Program-made: the position numbers and the translations under genes
The notes under the pieces: model-generated
The model's input: only the letters and a program-made list of their open reading frames with translations
What the model was told of the DNA's origin: nothing
The model's database searches: none
NCBI GenBank assembly: GCA_964016885.1
Contig: OZ024758.1
Span: 16,926,001-16,990,000 of the forward strand
DNA from: Eledone cirrhosa
Taxonomy: Eukaryota
Length of the DNA: 64,000 nt
Reading direction: 5' to 3'
Shown: one piece after another, positions 1-12,972 of the stretch
How the letters are laid out: the number at the start of each line of letters is the position of its first letter
Position numbering within the stretch: the first letter of the stretch is position 1

Positions 1-74
1 AATACACCCAGTATAATTTATAACATGGTTGGCAAATTAACAGAGATATAATGTAGGGTAAAAAGGACACTTTA

Positions 75-170
75 GTTATTTCAAGAACACAATGCAAAGC
101 CCAATCCGAGAATCAAACTCACGACCTCAGGATTGTAAGCCCAACACTCTAACCACTAAGCCATGTGCCT
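75..170 (-). mobile_element. tRNA-derived SINE family B, 5' head fragment
   Basis: Reverse complement reads ggcacatggcttagtggttagag...gagtttgattc (A/B-box-like) and matches the heads at 7588 and 40791. Confidence 0.75.
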
Positions 171-626
171 TCACTGTATGTATATATACATATATATATA
201 TATATACAAGTGGAAGGTTAGTAAAATCGAAGTTATGGTAGTGGCCAAACCAACGAAGTAACACTTAGGTTTGCATGAAGCACTCAATATATATATAGAG
301 GGAGAAAATGTAAGGGAAACACAAATATAAACACAAGGACAATTCCCACTCATCAGTTGTCTTCTGTGGATCACTAATGTTTTGAACGCATTAAAGACAG
401 TACATCTCACCACAGTACGTTGATAACTAAAAGGGACAGCTATCTGGGAAAAAAAGCAACAACAAAAAAAAATAGACGATAATGAAGAGAACGACAAAAA
501 AATAAAGATAACAAAAGAAAAAGACATACTGATAGAGAAAGGGAAAACACGAAAGAAGCACTACATGTAAGTTGCAGTAACCGGGGAGAGAGAGAGAGAG
601 GGAGAAGTTAATACTGAGACCGAACA

Positions 627-1000
627 TACCATATTTCCCGGCATCGAGGATGCTACTTACTTTTTTTCTAAAATAAGTCTAAAACATATACCATGCATCC
701 TGGAGGCCGAAGGTTGTTTATTATTTTTTTCCGAAGTGGATTGGCAGTATCGGTAGAGGGTCGGACACCATGCTTTCATGCATAGAGTTATAGCCCTTGC
801 CATTCTGAGTTCAAATCCCGCAGAGGTTAACTTTGCCTTTCATCCTTACGGGGTTGATGAAATAAAATACCAGTAATGCACTAGGTAATTGCTGGTCTTG
901 TGCCAAAAGTAGAAACAATTATTTTTTTTCAAATTTATGGTTGTCAAAATTAGGGTACATCCTTGAGGACGAAGCAGCCTCAGTGCCAGGAAATATGGTA
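627..1000. mobile_element. Tc1/mariner-type MITE interrupted by a SINE
   Basis: Terminal inverted repeats taccatatttcccggca (627) and tgccaggaaatatggta (ends 1000), with TA at both ends. Confidence 0.7.
736..920 (+). mobile_element. tRNA-derived SINE family A
   Basis: tggcagtatcgg (A box), gagttcaaatcc (B box), core gcctttcatccttacgggg..ataaaatacc, tail gccaaaagtagaaacaatta; about 20 copies or fragments in the window. Confidence 0.85.
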
Positions 1001-1421
1001 AGTTCTGAACCCATACTAACAGCACAAGGGTGAGAGAGAAAAAATAGAGAAAATGTTCAACTGAGAGATATTTTACCAGGCAGTAATTAACCAAAAGCAA
1101 TTCTCTAAATACATTTTGTTTTGTAATTCTGATGTAGTTAGTAATGTAAAGTTTTTATGGTTGTATTTCCATAGCTTTTATGATACAAATAGTTCCATGG
1201 TCAATATTCATTATGTCATACATAACTATTTGCAACACACAAGGCATCACTCCATAAACTATCAATTTATTAGCTACACCAAGTGAAAATGGTGCACTTA
1301 AAAATATGGCTTTTAGTTAGTTTTAAAGAGATTCTACTTAACGTGTTGTCTACCCAATGTTTGTACCAAATATACAATACTGTTTCATCTTATTCTCTTC
1401 CTGTGCATTATTCTAGTTTAT

Positions 1422-1541
1422 TTTTCTATGTCTAATGTTATGGGGTCTATTATATTCCAGTACTATATATATTGGTACTATATTATTTTTCTATGTCTAA
1501 TGTTATGGGGTCTATTATATTCCAGTACTATATATATTGGT
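1422..1541. repeat. Local tandem duplication, about 64 bp x2
   Basis: ttttctatgtctaatgttatggggtctattatattccagtactatatatattggt occurs twice in tandem. Confidence 0.85.
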
Positions 1542-1570
1542 CTTGTTCACTTTCATATTTCTGTATATTT

Positions 1571-2190
1571 GGACGCAAAGCCAACAGTTTTGTGGGGAGG
1601 AGAAAGTTGGTTAAATCAACCCCAGTACATGACTGGTACTTTATTTGATCAAACCTGTAAGGATGAAAGGCAAAGCTAACCTTGGCAGGAATTGTACTCA
1701 GCACGTAAAGGGCTATAACTCTATGCCACTAAACATATTGTCTGATGCCCAACTGATACTGTCTATCCACCAAATTAATAATTGTTTCTACTTTTGGCAC
1801 AAGGCCAGCAATTACCCCAGTGGATTACTGGTACTTTATTTTAGCGACCCCGTAAGGATGAAAGGCAAAGTCAACCTCAGCGGGATTTGAACACAGATCA
1901 TAAAGGGCAGTAACTATATGCTGCAAAGCATGGCGGTCGACCCTCTACTGATACTGCCAATCCCCTGCCCTTTTAATAATGGTTTCTGATTTAGGCACAA
2001 GGCCAGCAATTTTGGGGGAGGGGAAAGTAGATTAAATCGACCCCAGTACGTGACTGGTACTTTATTTTATCGACCCCGTAAGGATGATAGTCAAAGCTAA
2101 CCTCAGTGGGATTTGAACTCAGAACATAAATCTATGCCACAAACGTTGTCCAATGGCCAACCGATACTGCCATTCCACTGAATTAATAAT
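1571..2190 (-). mobile_element. Three head-to-tail SINE family A copies
   Basis: gtaaggatga(a/t)ag(g/t)caaag...aacct core repeated near 1657, 1852 and 2078. Confidence 0.8.
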
Positions 2191-3447
2191 GAGAAATTTA
2201 TATGACTGAATCAGTCTACATTAATTAAAAATCACAGGCAGTATCTTTCATTAAAAACATTATAATTAAAGGGTTTGTTCGTTTTTTATTTTAAAAGATT
2301 CACCGTTTTATCTGTTTTGTTTATCTACTCTAACTTTATAGCGGCTGATAATAAAAACACTCAACAACATTATTACCATCAAGCCTCACCTAATTAGCAA
2401 ATTACATGACTAAAGTGACTCAAATTAATAGTTGCTGATGCAATTAAAGATGATAATATGCTTTCATATTGAAGGAGAGCTGAAACCCAAATTTGAACTT
2501 AGTTTCAAAATAAAGAATTATTTTATGTCCTTTATTTTTTTTTTTTTACATTATCTAATTTTTTTTTCTGTTTTTTTTTATTATTATTTTCTTTTGTTTT
2601 TTTATTTCTCATTCTCAATTTGGTTATGAAATATTCTTATAAAAGGGGAAAAGCCAAGCAAAACCTCTTAAACATAAAAAAATATTGTTACGTACTAGTG
2701 ATAATCTTCTAAGTAATATGGACCGTATAAATGATGTGTTTAGCAAAAGCTTTTACGGATGTAGTTTCTAGAATAAGAAAAGAAAAGAAATAAAAAAAAA
2801 AGAAAAGAAAATCTAATCTAATTGAATTGTCCAGTTAAGCGAATAGCTATGCAATAAGGAGGAAGTGAAGTATATATTGGAGAGTAGTTTTTGTTTGCAT
2901 TTAGAATTTAGGGTATGGATACTATAAGAGAATGCAGGAGCAAGGACAATGCAGACAAAGATTTTGCTATTAATAAAAGCAATTTCTGGACTTACTGAAT
3001 GTCACTAGAAGCAAAGAATGAATTACATTCAATCTATAATTTTGAATGGAAAGAATGAATGGCAGTATAAGATTGTGTAGCCCTGAATAGATACAGAAGT
3101 CTTTTGAGATGGAGAGAAAAAGTCTATAAGGGATAATTCTTTACGACCAAGCGTGTCAATTTGTGATTTAGATTTTTACATTATCCACCATTTTGTATAA
3201 ATGGTAAAAAAATATATTAGACATCTGAAATTCATATATTTTCAGCTTGCAAACATATGAGTTAATATTTATACAGTATAATATTATTTTGACTTTTCTA
3301 TTATCTTATTTTTTTAGCTGTAGGAACATTATTATTATATTGGTTAAGGAAGTAAGTTAGCAGAAAACAGTAGAAAGTTGGATCTAATAGTATTTAGTTT
3401 CTTAATGTCCATTATGAAGTAAAATCTCATTTAGGCCAACTTTCACT

Positions 3448-3662
3448 TTAACCCTTAAGCATTTAAACTGGCTGCATCCGGCCAGAATGTTCCCCCCCCC
3501 CCTTTTTGAAACTGGCTGTAACCAGTAGCTCACACTGACATTAAGATATTGTTCTGAAAATATACAATGACATCATCAAAATCTCGTAGTCTCGAGATTA
3601 TGAGAGATAAAGCCTTGAAAATACTATAGTAAATATAAAGTAATGTAAATGCTAAATGGTTT
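3448..3662. mobile_element. piggyBac-type MITE (about 220 bp), degenerate copy
   Basis: ttaacccttaagcattta ... taaatgctaaatggtt; same family as 12751, 20967 and 43103. Confidence 0.65.
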
Positions 3663-3799
3663 ACTCCTCAGAGGATGATAAAATAGTGTCAGTACATGAG
3701 AAGAAAAGGAGGAAAAGAGCAAGGACTATCAGGCAACAGAAAAAAGAAAGGTGGAGAAGAGGAGTAGGTGATAGACTCTACACCAAGGTTAGAGCAGTG

Positions 3800-4110
3800 A
3801 TTTGGCTGTGCCTCACAGACCAAATTGCAAGGAAATTGCTGCAGACAATGGCCAGAGACACCCCTGCAACACATGTGGTATACCAGATTGAATGCAACAA
3901 ATGTAAGGAGTTCTACATTGGTAGCATGACTCAAGCACTCCACCTCAACACACGTGCATCCTAATTAAAAAAAACACATCGACAAATGTTGAAACATCAA
4001 CGAATATATTATTATTACCATTAAAGCCAGTGATAGAAATGTGGGCAAGTTAAGAATTAAGGAAGCCTTGCTCATACGTCGACTCAACCTGCAAATAAAT
4101 AATAGATTAC
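3800..4110 (+). pseudogene. Decayed GIY-YIG endonuclease C-terminal domain of a Penelope-like retroelement
   Basis: VVYQIECNKCKEFYIGS (GIY..CxxC..YIG), followed after stops by HIDKC*...ITIKASDRNVGKLRIKEALLIRRLNLQINNR (E-x3-I..N motif). Confidence 0.75.
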
Positions 4111-4699
4111 TCAGCACACAGTACTTGACATAAAAAGACATGCCCACAGGCACACAAACTAAACATCTCATCCAAATAGAAAATCTTGCAGGGGTCTTTC
4201 TTCAGTCAGGCTGCTCTCATTCCAATTTTATCCAGGAGGCCAGTTCTATGGGATCTAAGGATACCTGAGGTCTCAACGTCAACCAGTGCAAAGAGGAAGT
4301 GACTAAACAAGCCACAGTATTTGCTTGTCGCTGTGAAAGTGGATAATGTAAAAAATTATTAACTATTTTCCTATCATATTTTTAAAGAAATACACTGTAT
4401 TTAAATGATTAATGAAGTATTAGGAGTTTGCTAAATTTATAATTTCATTATCAATATGGTATTTGTAATATAACTTAACACAAAATCCTATATTAAATTA
4501 TGTCAGGAGATTTTAATTGAAATACGAATCCTTTAAAATGGTTGGTTTTTATTCTTAGAACCAGATGTGGTTTTATGCATGTGACTATCAAAACAATTTA
4601 GAGCTATATCTGACAGAATTGATAGTGACTGACAAATTGCTTTATGGCATTTAGTTATGTCCCTTTACCTTCTAGCATTGACTTTGCCTTTCATCTCTC

Positions 4700-4925
4700 T
4701 AGAGTTTTTTTCTTCTTCTTGACTCACTTATTCCTGAGAGGGTCGTTGGGGCAAAGTCCTCAAAAACTCCTTCCAGAGGGTCTTGTCAGAAGCAACTGTC
4801 TCTAGCTGATCTGGCTGGATCCCCGAGTGACACCAGCCCAGCTCATGGATGTTATCAAACCATCTTGCTCTAGGTCTATCCTTGAGTCCCCTGCCAGTTA
4901 GTTTTGCCCATAAAATCTCTCTAGA
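4700..4925 (-). mobile_element. LINE 3'-end remnant with (GAA)n tail
   Basis: ILWAKLTGRGLKDRPRARWFDNIHELG; related copies at about 11210, 39735-39965, 41955-42148 and 42865-42960. Confidence 0.7.
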
Positions 4926-5030
4926 GGTGATAAAATAGATACCAGTCATGCACTGAGGAGATTTAATCGAGTCTTCTTTTTCCTCAAATTTGTGATTTTG
5001 TATAACTATTAGAAATCAATATTATTATGA

Positions 5031-5200
5031 AAGGTGGTGAATTGGCAGTATCGGTAGAGGGTCGGATGCCCTTGCCATTCTGAGTCCAAATCCCGCTGAG
5101 GTTAACTTTGCCTTTCATCCTTACGGGGTCGATAAAATAAAGTACTAGTAATGTACTGGGTAATTGCTGGCCTTGTGCCAAAAAGTAGAAACAATTATTA
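5031..5200 (+). mobile_element. SINE family A (internal deletion)
   Basis: Same head, core and tail as 736-920. Confidence 0.8.
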
Positions 5201-5484
5201 TGAAAGGCAATAGAGTAGAAGATCTGGTAGAATGCCAGACTAAATTGGTTGCAGATGTTATGTTAAAAAGCTAATAATAGGGAAACATTAAAGAGTATTT
5301 GGATTTGTAATTTAACTATAATAGGCTTTTAAGACACTGTTAACGAGATGGTATTTAATGACTTCTTCAACACAAACATAAAGAAGCAATATTTTGTAAG
5401 AAAAACCATGTACTAAATCATGCAAACAAGAAAGTCCTTTGTAGGAAACTCAAAGTGGAAGTGTGATGTAATAAAAAAATGCAA

Positions 5485-6220
5485 TAATTGTTTCTACTTT
5501 TGGCACAAGGCCAGCAATTACCCATACATTACTGGTATTTTATTTTATCGACCCCGTAAGGATGAAAGGCAAAGTTAACCTTGGCGGGATTTGAACTCGG
5601 AATGGCAAGGGCCGTAACTCTATACGTCAAAGCATGGCGTCCGACCCTCTACCAATACTGCCAATCCACCGCCCTTAAAAAAATACAATAATGGTTTCTG
5701 ATAAGGGCACAAGGCCAGCAATTTTGGGGAAGGGGAAAGTCATTTAAATCGACCCCGTTTTTTACTGCGGAGAATTGGCAGTATCGGTAGAGGGTCGGAC
5801 GCCATGCTTCGCAGCAAAGAGTTACGGCCGTTTATGGTCTGAGTTCAAATCCCGGTGAGGTTAACTTTGGTTTTCATCCTTACGAGGTCGATAAAATAAT
5901 GTACCAGTAATACACTGGAATAATTGCTGGCCTTATGCCAAAAGTATAAACAATTATTAATGGCAGTATTGGTAGAGGGTCGGACGCCATGCTTTGCAGC
6001 AAAGAGTTACAGCCCTTTATGGTTTGAGTTCAAATTGCGCCGAGGTTAACTCTGCATTTCATCCTTACGGGGTCGATAAAATAAAGTACCAGTAATACAC
6101 TGGGATAATTGCTGGCCTTGTGCCAAAAGTAGAAACAATTATTTACTGGCGTTTTATTTTATCGACCCCGTAAGGATGAAAGGCAAAGCTAACCTCGGTG
6201 GGATTTGAACTCAGAATGTA
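5485..6220. mobile_element. Nested SINE family A cluster
   Basis: Minus copy 5485-5675; a second minus copy split by two tandem plus copies (about 5768-6141) flanked by tttactg at 5761 and 6142. Confidence 0.8.
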
Positions 6221-6894
6221 AAATTGTTTATATTGTTTCAACATACATTTCTAACAAATATTCCAAAACTATCCTTATTTTTCTTTTGCTGTCATACCAG
6301 TTTTGTCAAAAGGCATGTATCTTACACCTCATTAACCAGACGCACATTCAAATTCATCTTTAATATAGAAAATTGTGGAAGTCATTCTTTATAAAATTAA
6401 GAATATGAAAACATCCTGACATTATATTCATCAAAAGTCATTTATTGAAATGGAACCTGCAGAGGGGGGGGGGGGGGGGCACTTTTACAGCCCTTTCTTA
6501 AACACTCTATAATCGAACACCACAATCAATTATCTTGCTGTTACCATTCACAATTTTCTGTGTATATATATGTGTATATCTGTGTGTATATGTATAAATT
6601 TTAATCAACATTCCTTCACTCCCACACTCATTAACAACCCCCTCCCCCACGCCCAAACACACACAAATCTCATATATATAGTCACACATCACAACACAAC
6701 CTGATATCAGTTTGACAATCACCACAGAGGAATGCCAGAAAGTTCTCCTGGAAAGTTAACCAGGAATCTTTAAAAAATCTCTCCACTGAAGTTAAAGAAC
6801 TTACTAGATCTACAAAACCAAATTGTAAAATTATAATATTATAAAATTAAATTAAATTGTTTAGAACTACAAGTGAAAGCATTCTTTTCCTTTA

Positions 6895-6925
<31 letters not shown>

Positions 6926-6941
6926 TATTTTTATATATATA

Positions 6942-7379
6942 TATAAATAAAATAACAGGAGGCTGGACTGGTGTAAATCCTTGAAAGGTTTATTATACTA
7001 TGATCATTTCAATGACCGGGTTCCATATGAATCCGGTGATATCAGGGATTCTAAATATAACAAATCAATATGTAAAAACCATGGGTCCGAAAAATCAGAG
7101 ACAGAGAGGACGACTGACCAACTAGCTGCTTTCACCTCGGCCAGTTGCCCAAGTAGCCATCACTTTGAGGGCGACTGGCCGAGGTGAAAGCAGCTAGTTG
7201 GTCAGTCGTCCTCTCTGTCTCTGATTTTTCGGACCCATGGTTTTTACATATTGATTTGTTATATTTCGAAACCCTGATGATATCACCGGATTCATATGGA
7301 ACCCGGTCTTGAAATGATCATAGTATAATAAACCTTTCAAGGATTTACACCAGTCCAGCCTCCTGTTATTTTATTTATA
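6942..7379. repeat. Long fold-back palindrome (about 210-bp arms, 18-nt loop) containing an HHR-like core
   Basis: 6942-7150 is the near-perfect reverse complement of 7169-7379; ctgatga at 7274 ... gaaatgatcata at 7311-7322. Confidence 0.9.
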
Positions 7380-7512
7380 ATTAACTCCATATTCGCACCA
7401 CCAACTACACAAACGAAGACGGGTGAACTGCACTACGTTGAGTTCTCTCCACAATATTACACCAAGATTGACCATATAAATATAGAAAGATTGACCATAT
7501 ATATATATATAT

Positions 7513-7587
<75 letters not shown>

Positions 7588-7588
<1 letters not shown>

Positions 7589-7916
7589 GCACATGGCTTA
7601 GTGGTTAGAGCATTGGCCTTGCAATCAAAAGGTTGTGAGTTCAATTCTCAGACCGGGTGATGTGTTGTTTCCTTGAGCAAGACACTTTATTTCACATTGC
7701 TCCAGTTTACTCAGCTGTAGAAATGAGATGAGAGGACTGGGGTCCCTATCATTCCACTGCAAAGTGGTCGTGGAGGTGCCGCGGCAAAAAAGCACCCAGC
7801 ACTCACTGTAAATGAGGTTGGTGTTAGGAAGGGCATCCAGCTGTAGAAATCAAGCCAGAATCAGTTGCTGTCCCACCCTTGCAAGCAGGGAAAAAGCAGA
7901 CATAAAATGAAATGAA

Positions 7917-7920
<4 letters not shown>
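7588..7920 (+). mobile_element. Full-length SINE family B (tRNA head + central domain + RTE-derived 3' tail)
   Basis: A/B boxes, ccttgagcaagacacttt domain, then gcacccagcactcactgtaaatgaggttggtgttaggaagggcatccagctgtag shared with the RTE 3' UTR. Confidence 0.8.
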
Positions 7921-7984
<64 letters not shown>

Positions 7985-7987
7985 CAG

Positions 7988-8042
<55 letters not shown>

Positions 8043-8068
8043 CATACATACATATATATGTATGTATG

Positions 8069-8102
<34 letters not shown>

Positions 8103-8542
8103 CATCATATATACATATATATATACATATACACATATATATATATGTATATATGTGTAGGTAACATACATATATATATATCACATATAGAGAGCGCTCA
8201 CAGGGTATATATATACAGAGAGATATATTTTCCTTTGAAAATGATGCTTCCTTTCAACATAACTGAACATTTTGCATGTATTACTTGTCAAACATTGAAA
8301 AATGCTTTTAAACAATAAAATATATAAACATTAGTTTAAACTTAGCAATGAGTAAAACGAATACTGTGAAAATGCTAACAAACTTTTTTCAGGATTTGTC
8401 ATGTTACCTCAGAGATTTTTTAAACCAATCATATATAATATTATATTATATTATATTGTATAAATTATATTATATTACAAATATTCTATCATATTATATA
8501 AATTATATTATATTATATTATATAATATATATTATATTATAT

Positions 8543-8920
8543 ATCATCATCATCATTTTACGTTGGTTTTTCCCTGCTTGCAAGGGTGGGATGGGTCCTA
8601 TTCAGCACAGCATCTCTCCATTCGTCACTGTCCTTCATCATCTCCTCCGTGTGATTCAGTGATCTGAGGTCATCTCTGCCCATGATTTTTGTGGTCTCCC
8701 TCTACTGGGTCTTCCTTCCACTAGGATTTCTTGGCACTTCTTTACCTAACGGTCATCCTCCATGCGCATCACATGTCCATACCAGCACAGTCTTCTCTCC
8801 CACACACTACAGCCTATAACGTCTTATACACAGTTTCTCTCTCAACTCGTCTATGCTTGGTTGTTCATGTACATTGACATTGAACATCCAACGGAACATG
8901 CTTGCTTCATTTCTCTCCAA
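8543..8920 (-). mobile_element. RTE LINE 3'-end remnant (second subfamily)
   Basis: ERNEASMFRWMFNVNV..ELREKLCIR..; (CAT)n tail on the + strand; related copies 10775-11035(-), 13190-13580(+), 43755-43925(+), 45505-45888(+). Confidence 0.8.
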
Positions 8921-9293
8921 CTTTACTTTGAGACAACAGATATATAGGTGAAACTTGTAAGGCAGTTTTAAACAAGAAATAATAATATACAAACTCTACT
9001 TCAGGTATTGAGTACTTTTTACCCTACTTTATAAATTTAAATGTTTATATAACTATGATTATGCATCATAAATAAATAAATAAACCTATACATATATATG
9101 AGGAAGATAGACTCACCTAACTCAACATGTCTCTAATGGGACAACCCGTCTAACCCATGCTAGTGTGGAAAATGGACGTTAAACTATAATGATGATGATG
9201 ATATATATGTTAAAATGTGTGTTTAAAATACCATAGTATTTAAAACACTCAAACATTAACTGATTGAAAACTAAATACTTACAATACAATATA

Positions 9294-9324
<31 letters not shown>

Positions 9325-10774
9325 GCACATACATATATATACAAAGATATTCATATATATACATCTATATACATTTACATATATATATGCATACACATAT
9401 ATATATATTTACATATATATGATGATATACATTTATACATGTACTATCCGTATGCATGCATATGTTTTTATAAACACATACATAGATTATGTATGTGTTT
9501 GTGAATCCATGTGTGTGTATATAAAGATTAAATTTATCTCATCTGCAAACCTCAAGAGGCTGGAAATAAAATTTTAAACAACTAAGTACTAATAATTGAA
9601 AGAGATTTTTTTTTAATATATATATACCTTTTTACTCGATGTAAACTTTCAAATAAACATGTACTTGTTTCATTTTTTTCATTTTTTTCCTCAATTTTTC
9701 CATTTTTTCTCTTTCCTCACTAGCCTCTGTTTCTCTCTCTTCTGTGTGTCTCTCTCTCTCCATATCTTTCTCTCTCTGTCTGTCTCTCTCCCTCTTCCCC
9801 CCCTCTCTCTCCCTCTCTCTAGTTAACCATGAAAATAAACACGAAGCAAAATCCTAAGTATGAAGGGAAATATCTCGGGAAGAAGAAAAAAAGATGTATT
9901 TTGAAGTGTTAACAAGTTGATGTAAATGCTATTTTTTTTTCATTTTGATTTATATATTTTTAAATTCTTTACTTGTTGATTCTCTCAATTATGCTTTTCT
10001 GGATGAAAACTGTCAAAGTGAATTTTTATTATGTGAGAAATTAATAAATTTGTCATTGCTAAAGAAAGTTTGAATATGTGATTTTTCACTAAGAAATCTT
10101 GTTCCATCCAGCTGATAAACATAAAAGTTTATAGATAAACTTTCCTTCTTTATTTATATTATGTTATATGTTATGTTCTTTCTTCGTTTTCTGAGCAATT
10201 CCCTCTATGGTGTAGTCAATTTGATGATTTCATTTATCAGAGGAAAAATTGTCTCCATTCAACAACAACAAAAAAATAACAATAAAAGACAAAAAACCCA
10301 TAAAATAAATATGAAATAGAAAATATTAAAATATCATAAAGGAATTAATAAATTTATCAATTTGCAAAGAGAAAACAAAATCCAATTTTAATTTCCATCT
10401 TTTATAAACAATGTTACTAAAATAGAAATGTAGGAAAAATATAATTTCTACATTCATTTGTCTTTGCAGCCATATGTTTGATAATTCTTGAGAATTAATA
10501 TAAGACACTACTACTACTTCTACTACTACTAATAATAATGATAATAACAACATGAATTTTAGTATACATCTGTAAATTGGGATTTACTTTCTTAATATAA
10601 ACTCTTCAAATGTATGTTGAGTTCAATTGGCTATAAAATGAACCAAATTTCTAAAATAGTTTTGATTGCAAGTTGGAATGGCTCTTACAGTGCATCTCCC
10701 TCACCATCCTCTGGGGAAACGCCTCCTCTATTCTGTCTACCAGAGCCATGGGGCAGCCAACCAATGAGCCCCCA

Positions 10775-11035
10775 TTTGCTCAACGCCTGCGCCCATGTTT
10801 TTTGTGGTCTTCCTCTACTGCGTCTTCCTTCTACTGGGATTTTTTGGCACTTCTTTATCCAGCGGTCATCCTCTATGCGCATCACATACCCATACCAATG
10901 CAGTCTTCTCTCCTGCACACCACAACTTATCCCTCTTATACACAGTTTCTCACTCAACTCATCTATGCTTGGTCGTTCATGCACATTGACATTGCACATC
11001 CAACGGAGCATGCTTGCCTTTATTTCTCTCCAGCT
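10775..11035 (-). mobile_element. RTE LINE 3'-end remnant
   Basis: MLRWMCNVNVHERPSIDELSEKLCIRGISCGVQERRLHWYGYVMR...RGRPQKTW. Confidence 0.8.
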
Positions 11036-11440
11036 GTTGCATACCCTCCACAGTTACTTCATGTGTCCAAAATATGTTATATTCATATCTTGACCCACAG
11101 AGATATTTCCAAGGTTCATCAGTGAAAAAAAAGAATTTCTCCAGTGAACTGTATAATTTTGTAAGATTAGATATAACTTCAATAGGCATGAGGTTAGAAT
11201 GACTCAGGAAAGAATCGTTTGGATTGATTTTACAGGCAAAACCAAACAGCAGACGACCCCAAGGAAGATGTTTGAATTAGAAATTTAACCCTATGCTCTA
11301 ACAACCCTACCAATTCCCCACCTCTAAATATAGTGTAAAAAAGAAAAAGTATATTAAAAAAATATTGATAAAAATGATTTTTTTTTAGCGGGAATTAAAA
11401 TACCTTTATTTAATCTAAAACAAGTTTTATGCAATATAAA

Positions 11441-11660
11441 TAATGGTTTTTATATAGGCACAAGGCCAGCAATTTTGGGGGAGAGGAAAGTCGATTAAAT
11501 CGACCCTAGTGCGTGAATGGTACTTTATTTTATCGACCCCGTAAGGATGAAAGGCAAAGTTAACCTCAGCGGGATTCAAACTCAGATCATAAAGGGCCGT
11601 AACTCTATGCTGCAAAGCATGGTGTCTAACTCTCTACTGATACTGCTAATCCACTGCCCT
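11441..11660 (-). mobile_element. SINE family A
   Basis: Matches the family A consensus in reverse. Confidence 0.8.
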
Positions 11661-12750
11661 CTATGCAATATAATTAATGAGAATGAATGCACAATAATTT
11701 TGCAACTGCACCATAGGCAATGCAAATAAGGGAAATAACCTCTATACACCATTTTGAGAACTCTTTGGGAATGAAGAACATTTGTCACATAGAATTTAAA
11801 CTAAAATGACTATAAAATGACTATAAATAAAAAAATATTTAAACTAGAAAACTGAATTATATTCTTGTCGTTCTTTCTTTATTATATATTTATTTCTTTA
11901 TTTAGTTATTTTGCCCAATCAAGATTAATAAAAAAAAAATGTTTTTGCTGGAAGCATGAATTAATTTTAGCACTTTCTTGAATTATTTAACTTTAAACAG
12001 ACATTGATAACCCCCCCCCCCCAAAAAAAAAATCCACAAACAAAACAAAGAAAAATTCAAAGAAATTTAAAACAAAAACTCTTGTAAGGTATAGAGGCAT
12101 GAACGCTGTCTTTTAAAAGTGGGTTGATTTAGAAAGTACACAAAAGAAAAAAACTATTGGCACTGATGTCTCATGACATATAAATGTTTTCCTATATACA
12201 AAGCTTAGTATTCCAATATCACCAAAATGTTTTTAAAACAGTTTCAAAATCTAAAAACAAAAATGAATGAAAGAGTAAGCAAAGCTTTGAAAAATGAGAA
12301 TTTACATTTAAAATTCTAACTAAAATTGTTATTCAATATTTACTCAGCTATAACACTTCCATTATATATTTTTTTCCCCACAATTTGTTTTCATTTTATT
12401 TTCTGTCAAATAGGTTTACTAGATTTTCAGTTAGCTTTGACATAGCGAGATTGCTTTTTTCTTTATAAGTTCACTTTTAGGAAAAGTGCTATGTTGCTTA
12501 TAATTCTTTAAACAGTTTAAAATTTCATGGTTAATTTCAATGTTACATATGTTTATAAGAGATTATTTTTAAAAATGGCTGAGAGTTGAACTATCTTATT
12601 TTATATGTTATTTTCATTTTTACTTGTTTTATTCATGATTAGACTGCAGGCATGTGCGGGCACTGCTTCGATGTAGTAAAGAATATTGGCACCAGTACTT
12701 ATTTTTTAGTCAGGCATTTATAGTTTTCTCAAGACATTAAGTTTTGGGAC

Positions 12751-12972
12751 TTAACACTTTACCATTTAAACTGGCCATATCTGGCCAGAATTTTGTCACC
12801 GCTTTCTGTTCAAACTAGCCATAACTGACCCCTCATAAGTTAAAGTGTTGTTCTCAAAATAAATAATATCAAAATCTCATAGATTCAATATCATGTGAAA
12901 TAATTGTGAAATAAAATGTTTAGCATGAAAATACAATAGTATATATAGAGTAATGTAAATGGTAAAGGGTTA
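12751..12972. mobile_element. piggyBac-type MITE
   Basis: ttaacacttttaccattta ... taaatggtaaagggttaa; TTAA at both ends. Confidence 0.75.

Noticed and set aside
330-372. Minus-strand ctgatgag as a hammerhead
   Set aside because: No GAAA/NUH partner or stem I found downstream
736-830. tRNA genes at SINE heads
   Set aside because: A/B boxes are present but there is no closed cloverleaf; always fused to the SINE body
7169-7211. Second HHR-like fold (gggcgact/agtcgtcc enclosing gaaa..gtc)
   Set aside because: Lacks the CUGANGA core and stem II
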